A DNA stretch of 64,000 bases from Hyphochytrium catenoides (Eukaryota > Protista > Hyphochytriomycota), in the NCBI GenBank assembly GCA_900088475.1, contig FLMG01001670.1:62001-126000 (forward strand), in the 5' to 3' direction. The position numbers and the translations under genes are program-made. The notes under the pieces were generated by a model. That model was given only the letters and a program-made list of their open reading frames with translations. It ran no database searches and was not told the DNA's origin. This document shows, one piece after another, positions 50,692 to 64,000 of the stretch. Every line of letters starts with the position of its first letter. The first letter of the stretch is position 1.

Positions 50692-53600
50692 ATGAGCCAG
50701 CTGGTGGAAGATGACTTCAAGTGCATTGTCTGCCTTGATCTGCCTCGGGCAGTGCGTTTCATGCCCTGCAGTCATGCACTTATGTGCAGGTAGGTTACTG
50801 CTTTCCGCTCTTACTCTCTCAGCTCCCAATTCTCATTAGCTCTAGCAGTGCTGACGCCAATCAGTGGATACATCGAAATGGGAAATGCCCAAACTGTCGA
50901 GCTGCCATTGAAGGCTTTGTACTCATAGAGAACCGGGATCCTAGACAGACCTTTGTCTTGACAGACGAAGACGATAAAAGGGAGTTCCACCGCCTTATTG
51001 AGAGCTCTCACCGGTCAAACGATGGGGAGACTCTTTGGAATCCGGCGCCTTATGTTGACGCTCAGCTGCGATTAGGATCCGGATCAGCAATTCAAGCTCT
51101 CATTAGGGATAACCAAGCTGCTCTCTCGGCCGCACAGTATGCTCGAGCACTAGCGAGAGAGAGGACTCTCCCACCTGAGGACACTGTGGGGATCATCTTA
51201 ACGATGATGAACGAGAATATCGACAGCACCGTTCTTCAGGAGGCGGGATGTCGGTGAGTCTTTAGGTCGTAATTTGCACTGCATTAAGCGCCTTCTCCAA
51301 CTTTGTACTTAGTGCCCTAGGTGATCTGGCCCACTCCAATAAGATCTATCAAACGTTGGTCCTACGGCAGGATGGCCTTAGAATCGTCAGTGAAGTTATC
51401 GAGAGAAACAAAGCCCAGATAGGTATTCAGAAATGGGGATGCTATGCCATTGGTCTCCTAGCAGCAGGTCAGGTCCTTCCAGCATCTGGTCTCTATTCAC
51501 TTTGATGTCTCACCTCTATTCTGATCGTTGCGCTGTACTGGCCCTCGGGTAAATGATGTAGGTTGTCCTGAAAATCAGCGGGAGCTTGCAAACCGCGGTG
51601 TGATTGGGACGATCCTAGAGACTATGGTCCAACTGATAACGTTGACTGACTTGCACCGGTGGACTTTGTTCGCACTCGGCCAACTTTGCTTTAGAAATAC
51701 GGAGAACCAGAACCTAGTGAAAGCGCTTGGGGGGATCAGCACGATTCTCTATCTTGTCTCGTCAAACCTCTATAACCCAGATATCCAACAACAAGGTAAA
51801 GAGTTGAGCAAATGATAAGGTCATAGGGTATTAGTTAGAGATACAAACGCTTTCGGAGTTCGTAGACAGTTACCATCGTGAAAGGTGGAAGAGTCATATT
51901 GGGCCTTGAATGCTGAAGCCAGGTTTTCAATCCTTCCTAGCCTTATGGGTTATAGGAGAGCTTGCAGAAGGAAACTTGGAGACGCAAGTGACTTTGCAAG
52001 AGGAAGGCGTGGTTGAGACTATAATGGAGTCGATCCAGAGCCATCTTCTCAACAAAGATGTCCAACAATGGGGTTGTTATGCCATTCGAAGACTGGCAGA
52101 GAACAACCTGTCCCTTAAACAGAACTTTATTGATGCCGGTGCCCTTGATGCGGTGAGCTCCTTTTCCTTCCTTTTGGCCCATAACTCTGGTCCTGAGATA
52201 CTCTTAGCGCCCCTTGTTATCCGTGACTCCTTGGTCTCTCTTTATCTTTGACAACATGCCGACGTCATCTTACCACGCACTGTTGGGATTTTCGGCCCTG
52301 ACTCTCTCTCCTACTATCTCTTTGCCTCAGGTAGCTACAATCCTCAAGGCTAGTCGAGAGGAGATGGAAGTGGCGCGAAGGGCAATGTCTGCTCTGGGAA
52401 AGCTTCTGACGGACAATCAGGGTTACCTTGCTTCCCTACAAGATGAACAAACGATCTTAGTGCCTCTTCGAATCATGCAGGCGGGGGAGGAGGATGTGAA
52501 CCTTACTATAGAGGCAGTCGCTCTAGTGTCGAGACTTATTTCCACGGGCGACGCGCAGATATGTAGCAATTTTATGAAGTTGGAAGGCCTGCAGGCAGTG
52601 ACAGACGCGATTGTCTCTGAGAGGTAGGAAAATCAAATAAGTGCAGATAGCTGACTGGATGCATGGTCTTCTCCCAGCTCCATTTACGGACAAGCAGTTC
52701 TTTATGTTGCTCCTATTTGTTGGTTACATGCTAGCTTCCCTTCGATGTTCTAACGGGACGCAGGCCAGTATAGCTGCCTAATGCATAGAGTCTAACGGCG
52801 GGCTATTTCTTTTGATAAATACTACAGGGCGGATGCTACCTTGCACATGTGGGCTTGCTACCTGTACGGCAAGCTCTCGGAAAAGTCCTTCTCTGGAGAT
52901 CAGTTTCTACCTGAAATACTTGCGTCCGGGCTTAATGCAGTCACAAAAATTTTGTTGAGAAGAGGGGAAGATGAGCATGTCGTTAAAAAAGTATGCTATC
53001 TTTTCTCAAAATTCTGGATGCACCGCAAGATTTTCCACAAAGCTGTAAGACAGCTGGATCGAGAACAGATAGAATCTCTGTCAACCTCGTTTGTCAGCAC
53101 TCTAACAGCCTTGAAGGACAAGCACTGCGTGACCAGGGATACTTTACAATTGGTTGGTCGCCTGGCAGGTGTAAGCCCAGTTTTCAGTGCTTTTCTTGTA
53201 CAGAAAGGTGCGTTCGAATCTGTTTTGAAGGCGATGGAATGCTGTTCGGACAGTGAAGAAGTACAGCTGTATGGTTGCTCTTGCCTTGCTAAGCTAGCTG
53301 AGGGAAGCAAGGAAGCTCCGGAAATGTTCTTCAGCTCTCCAGGTAACCCTTTCCTTCCTTTCCTTTGCGTTACTGTGACATTTGTCCAAGAAGATCCGCT
53401 TCTGCTCCGCACAAACTTCTTCAAGGTGCATGAACAACTCTTTTTTGAATCCAAAATATTTAGCTAATCCTGTCTTACAACGTCATCCCGGCCCGCTGAT
53501 GGTACCTCGCCGCTTTGGTTCCTATGTGATGAAAATTGCCCCGTGTTCTCCTTTCCCACGCTCTCTTCTCTTATGCATATGTAGGGTCACTACCCCAAAT

Positions 53601-54926
53601 CATCTCTGTCATGAGGCGCTACTCGAGCCACAATGGGATATGTTCGAAGGCCTTAACCCTTCTCATAGAGCTCAATCCTGCCGGCGAGCGAGAGCGACAA
53701 GACCTTTATTTGACGGCGGGAGTACTGGAAGCTATCGGTTCCATTCTTCCTGGACTCAGTTCTCCTGAAGTGATACAAAAGAGCTGCGGTGTCATCACCC
53801 GTGCTGCTCGAAACAATGAAACTGCTCAAGTGAGACTGGCAAACCTTCTCACTGTTCCCAAGATAGTGCTAGGCATGCGACGCTTTGAAGACAACAAAGA
53901 TTTGCAACAGTCTGCCTGTGCTGCCCTAGCACAGCTTGCTGACCGCTCTTTAGAAAACCAGCAACAGATCTTGTCGCAAGCAGAGGAAGGACGGGTCAGT
54001 GAAGCCGTCGCTGCTATTTTAGGGGCGATAAAACGTCATGCTTCCTCTGTCAGCGTTATTGTCAGCGCCAGTGCTGCACTGGGAAATCTTGCCCGAGGTT
54101 CCACTGTTAACCAAGAAGCGTTACGTACATCGGGGTGTTTGCCTCTTCTGCTAGATGCCTTGAAGCAACATGTAAATATTGCAAAGCTGCAAGAGAAGGT
54201 CTGTTGGGCGCTCTCACTTATCGCAGATGACAATCCTGCGGTCAAAACTGACATTGGACTCTTGGGCGGAATTGAGTCGCTTGCCCTCTCTTTCAAGATC
54301 CACAAGCTTAATCCCCGCGTAGTGATGGAAATTTGCTACTGCCTTGCAACGCTGTGTGACTATCATCCAGAGAATCAGAGCGTGATCCTACTGACCGATG
54401 TGGTACCTCTGATATCGGAGAGCCTCGAGCTGCACTCGGGCCACACCGACGTGCTGCAATGGGGTTGCTATGCCATTGGGAAGATGTGCAGTGCGAACAT
54501 GGATGTGCAGGAGGTGTTTCTGAAGCAAGGTGAGGCCATTACTCTGCACATTATGTGGCTTCGTTCATATTTTGACGTGACGATCTTTTTGGAGCTTACC
54601 TCTTGTTATCCCCACTAACAAGAGCTCTCTCTCTTGTATGCCCTCTATTTGGGGCTCCTTTTTGTATCTGGCGCTCACGCCCATTGGCTGGCTTAGGGAC
54701 GACAGTGAAAGTGGTGCAAACAATGCGTCTTCATCCACAAGATGTTGAAGTACAGCGGAAGTGTTGCTATGCAGTTGCCTCCATGGCGCTGGCCAATGCC
54801 GACGCGCGGAGAGACGTGGTTGATGCGGGAGGACTCACGTGCATCGAGGAAGCTCTCAAGAATCATGAGAGCAATGAGAGGATTCGACATGTGGCCAGGG
54901 AGACACTGGCGCTACTGAAGAAGTAG
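50692..54926 (+). CDS. N-terminal RING finger + long armadillo-type repeat array; putative E3 ligase
   Basis: MSQLVEDDFKCIVCLDLPRAVRFMPCSHALMC|SAD..CPNCR, followed by ~40-aa repeats such as VQQWGCYAIRRLAENN, VQLYGCSCLAKLAEGS, LQQSACAALAQLADRS, LQEKVCWALSLIADDN, VLQWGCYAIGKMC, VQRKCCYAVASMA. Confidence 0.85.
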
Positions 54927-55454
54927 GTAGAGAGGCACTATGGAAGGAGAGATGCTGTAGCTCTCCATGCCTATTAGAGGCTGTCCCAGAGGCGGTGTCT
55001 TACTAAATAGGCAAGGCGATAGGTAATGTGCAAGGAGCCACCCCACTGCAGTGTGTTAGGTAATAGAGGAGTGAGAGAAGGAAATTGTGACTACGAGGCC
55101 GAGGAAAGGCGACATATTTATTTGGGCTCTTCTGAAGATGTAACATCATGGAAGAGCTGGAGGACACCTATTCTAAGCACAAGATTGCTCCTTTGAATCG
55201 ACGATCTCAGTTCACCACCTTACAGCATTGTCCTTGGCGGTCGTCGCTCTCTTCACTTAGAATGTAGAACCTTCAAAACAGTGGCCGGTGCGTGTCCACT
55301 GCGTTTCTCTCGATACCAAGAAATTATGAAGGATTACCCTAGGCGCCATAGGCCAGTAGGGAGACACTCAGAACCTACGTCTTTTTCACAGAGTCGTCGC
55401 CATCGACATCATGTCAGTGCCTCTACCTCCAAAGACTGCCATCTTTCTTTTCTT

Positions 55455-60043
<4,589 letters not shown>

Positions 60044-60114
60044 CCCTCCTTGCACACTTTAATAAAAAACCGCAGGAGCTCTCTCACGAAAGATGAAGGC
60101 GTCACTCAATCGTC

Positions 60115-60315
60115 TTATTGCTGATTGAGTCCCTTCTTCCTCTTTGCAGAGGCGGTAGCGCGAAGAAGATTCATCAACAAATAGAAAGCCAGCCCGACCA
60201 AGGAGAAACTCCAAATGCGGAGGCGAGGAACTCTGGTAAGAATCTTCAGAATTCTCGGCGGCAGCGCCTTGGACAGCCTGCCGTGACCGCCAACACTCCT
60301 CACCAAGAGCGACAT
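60115..60315 (-). CDS. Possible small single-TM protein or upstream ORF of the GMC gene
   Basis: 66-aa ATG ORF, basic N-terminus, hydrophobic IWSFSLVGLAFYLLMNLL, basic tail; no homology recognised. Confidence 0.25.
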   Translation of the reverse strand: MSLLVRSVGGHGRLSKALPPRILKILTRVPRLRIWSFSLVGLAFYLLMNLLRATASAKRKKGLNQQ

Positions 60316-60914
60316 TATTCTAAATTAGCGGTGGTTACTTTCCACAAATAAGGGAACATGTGTTGATTGATTCAAAATCGGAGACTGCCGCCCGTACACT
60401 GCACATGCACTTCAACTTGCATAGGTCAGATCATCTTCGGCATGAGGTAGAATGATCAAGGCCGCCACACCTCTGAAGTAGTGGGAGCTTTACTAGCGTG
60501 CCCAGGCAGTGTCTCAAGTCTCTTAACAGCTTCTTATTGTGGGCGTACGTGGGCCACGTAACGTTGCGCAGTTCTTAGACCTTTAGTGCAGCAATGCAAG
60601 CTTAGCGCCTGCCAGCATCATCTACAGCGCCAGTTCACTTTATAACGTACCTATCTCCCGCCAGGATAGGCAAAAGAAGATTCATATAATATGCGCACAT
60701 AGATTTGTTTCAACCCAGAGTTGCGACCTCAATGCACGGTGTTGACTGGCAATGCAGAGATTTATATTATAGGTCTTACCATCACCTTGATGGCATTGGA
60801 GTTACCTACCTAGAGGCATGTTGTTAGAAAGAGGAAGTTCCTTCTATTTCTATAAGGATACCAGTCTAGGGCATCTTCTGACCCAACTGATGCGTGAAGA
60901 AACCCGTCCTTCCC

Positions 60915-63244
60915 CTACAGCTGCGGGTAGGTGACCAATGTGGGGTAGCGCATTCTCCAGGCATTCGCAAGATCGTGATATAGCTCGGGATGGTGCATCG
61001 CAAAAGCCGCAGAGTCCTCCGCAAAGCAAACGAAGATTGTATCAACTGCCGCTCCCAGCACGGTGAAGAAGACGGCTGCCCCCGCTGCAAAAGCGGCACA
61101 AATGCAAAGCGAGGGTCGGTTAGGACGCCTATGGCTGTAGGCCGCAATCGAAGTTGAAGGTGAACTAGTGTAACACAAGCCAGATATTCTGAACGGCGGC
61201 AAGGGCTTCAAAAGGAGGGATGTCGTTCACTCACCAAGGCCAAGAAGGAAGCCTCCAACGCCCAGCGTGTATATGGCGCCGTCTGACTTGGCCACATCCA
61301 GCTGCGCCAAAACGACGCCGATAACAGCACATAACCCACCAATCAAGACGGAAAACATGAACAGGACGTTGCCCACCAAGTCGTCAGAAATGATAGCGCT
61401 CCAGCCTCGAGCCTTAAACAGGTTGAAGACACTTTTGCAGGCATCGATGTAGCCCATGCCATAAAGCCCTACAACGCAGAGTATAATAACAGAGCACAAC
61501 GAGAGAAAAGAGAGTGAGTGACGGTTAGACAAGCAAGCACGTATGTTTCATGGCGAGGAAAGCACGAGATTGAATAAGTCAGCTCAAGCCACTATGCTCA
61601 CCGACGTAGACAAAGCCCCATTTGTTGATGTACTCAACGATGGACTCCAGGCAGGCCAGAATGCACTGGGCGATGCAAGCAAGAAGGATTGTGATGACTG
61701 CAGTAAGAAGGATATGAATAAAGGTATGTTAGATGAGACGAGACTACGCGACGCACAGTGTGCACGCAGGACGAACCACACATACAAGTCTAACGTCAAC
61801 ACACAGAGCCAGTCAGCTTGATGACGATTCAGATTCTAGCCAGAGAGGCTTTACGCGGCAATTGGAGAGTTACGTCTCAGTGAAGAGCTACGTTTCAACG
61901 AGAAAAAAAGACTGTGGATGGACTACAGCATAAGAAAACGGTGCGAGCTTCAAAGAAACCGAAGCAGATTAAGGTTGTGAAAACGCTTACATCCATTGTC
62001 ATCATCTGTTTGAGCCGAATAAGCCAGCTGCCGAAGTGTACTAATAAAGGCCAACACGAGCGAGCCGAAAGCCACCGAGCCCAAAGATGTAGTGACGGAC
62101 CGGATGAACGCCGACATCGAGGTGTTCTTATACCCGCTGTTGTACCAGAAAGAGCCCATCACGCCCGCCGTGGTCACGGTGTTCAGACTGCGAATGGTGT
62201 AGGCACCGAAGTAGAAGGCAAGTAGCAAAAAAAAACCGCTGACTCCCAGCCATGTATTCTCACTCGAGTCGGAGCCAGGCTTGGTGTACTGTCTGTCGCT
62301 GTGATTGTAGACACCCAACACCGCTATGATCCATAGGGCGGTATAGGCGAAAAGAGCCACAGCAAGGACAACTGTTGACAAGTAAATGCCCCAGTACTTG
62401 TTTAATCCAGCGAACGCAACCCTAGGAGCACCACATAAAAACATGAGAGAGAGAGAGTGATGAAGATGGTGAGGGAGAGAAGAACCAGAGACACGAGCGG
62501 CCCTAGAGAAAGAGTCGTATAATGCGCCACATAACATCGTACAAAGAAAAAGAAGCTCATGCGAGAATATCGGCAAGGCCATTGGGCTTTGAGCGTTGGT
62601 AGGTGCAGTAGAGTTTGGCCATACCTGAATAGTGCGGCAGCAAACGGAATGAAGCTTTGGACGGCCTTAAGATAGCATAACGCGATAAGGGCGAAGATGC
62701 CGAAGATTATGGCACCAATGTACTGGCCAACGGAGGCGTAGAGGACAGCCACCGCGATAAAAAAGGCCACCTCAAACCACAGGGCCACTTTGATAAAAAC
62801 CTCTGGCTTCCAGTTCAGCAGAAACAAAGATGCCATGGACAGCAATCCAGCCAGTACCATGAGACCAACGAGACATATTAGCTCGTTGATCTGAAAATAA
62901 TCTCCAACGCCGCTATCTGGCCGGTCCAGCTCGTTACTGACGGCTTCAAAGCCCCATATGATGGACAGAGCGATAATGGCCCCGACCGTGATGGCAAAGA
63001 GCGCTGCAAATATGGGATCTCTGGTAATGCAAGCATCATAGGCAGGGGAAGACAATCAATACGCAGACAATGAGTACACCTCTCATGACCTAATGAGAAA
63101 CTGCACGCTTTACCTGCAGCCTGGCTTCTGCGCCTTTCGCTGCTCTACGGCGGGATCCTTGTATGCCTCCTCTTCCATCATCATCCCTGGTGATGCGGCA
63201 CCCATTTGCTGTTGCTGTTGTGGGTTATAATAGTTGTCCATCAT
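60915..63244 (-). CDS. Choline transporter-like (CTL/SLC44, PNS1-type) multi-pass membrane protein
   Basis: CR|DPIFAALF; IPFAAALF; VTTAGVMGSFWY; RSVTTSLGSVAFGSLVLAFISTLRQL; CILACLESIVEYINKWGFVYVG|LYGMGYIDACK; RGWSAIISDDLVGNV; AVDTIFVCFAED are CTL/PNS1 family motifs. Confidence 0.9.
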
Positions 63245-64000
63245 GCTGCTCTTTAGCAAAACTAAACACAAATGTTATATAGAAGAGAGGTGCGAGCCTC
63301 ACAATGCTAAGGTGATCGACTAGTCTGCACAGCAATCTGGAAAATGGAGCTTCAAGCTCTAGAAAGGCTCCAAAGCACGTCTCTCAGACCTTGATTTCTT
63401 TTCTATGAGTACGACTGCAGAGAAACGGAAGAAATGGTGGGCACGAGATGGAGGACTCTGATAAAGTCTGCCAATAGGCTCCAACCCCAACGCCGCCGGC
63501 ACAAACACAAACACAGGCTTTTCTGGTGGGGAGGGTAGGAAAGGGAAGGTTCAGGTCGTACAAAGGGGGTCTGCACACAAAATGAGAGACAGAGAGCGAA
63601 CAGAGAGCCAGAGTGGGAATGAGAAAGAGAAAGAGCACGAGAGAGGGAAGGTAGGTGGGGAGATATCATGGCACAGTTGGGAGACAGAGAGGAGAAGAAA
63701 GATGAGGCACAAGGAAGAGAGGACCTAGTGGGGAAAGATGACAGAACCGGCAGACACAACAGGGAAACAAAGAGCAACAGAACAAGGAAGAGCGGCCACA
63801 CTGTACGGTAGTGTTTCGGCACCACGGAAGTATTACTACGTCTCCGCTGTTATGACGCTATCCCATAGTTTCTGATATTATTACTCCCGATCAGAGGGAG
63901 AATCAGATTGTTATTGTTTACACAGAGAAAGTCAAACCAGCTGAGATGCCCTACTTCTTACTACTCGTAATATACGAGCTGGAGCACAAGGAAAGCGGAT

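Noticed and set aside
6442-54926. Functional cluster of ubiquitin/trafficking genes (VPS37, RING-UBL, APC11, HECT, RING-ARM, VAMP7, VPS13)
   Set aside because: These are very large eukaryotic gene classes acting in unrelated pathways, so co-location is plausibly chance without synteny data.
63384-64000. ORFs 63384-63638 and 63403-63825
   Set aside because: Translations of CT-rich, intron-like sequence; probably an intron and terminal exons of a gene beyond the window edge or CTL leader sequence, not identifiable.

Overview
Gene-dense, intron-rich eukaryotic (protist-like) nuclear DNA, ~50% GC, standard genetic code, mostly short GT-AG introns with CTRAC-like branch points. Hand-splicing the ORF fragments gives 13 protein-coding genes in a nearly alternating head-to-head/tail-to-tail order: zinc-finger/ankyrin protein(-), dual-specificity phosphatase(+), VAMP7-like longin SNARE(-), UEV-containing VPS37(+), RING-UBL-TM protein(-), mitochondrial-type GatC(+), EGF-like/7TM receptor-like protein(-), APC11(-), ankyrin-HECT E3 ligase(+), a 25-kb VPS13(-), RING-ARM protein(+), GMC oxidoreductase (choline dehydrogenase-like)(-) and a choline transporter-like CTL/PNS1 gene(-). 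No rRNA, tRNA, CRISPR or recognisable mobile element. The standout observation is a single-nucleotide exon (G at 15977) in APC11, needed to join the conserved MKVEIK N-terminus in frame to the RING body. Secondary: adjacent CTL transporter and choline dehydrogenase-like genes, a zero-layer R->H VAMP7, a GC-AG intron, an EGF-7TM receptor-like gene and an apparently spliced non-coding transcript. Gene models were built by eye with no homology searches, and the lineage cannot be fixed from this window.
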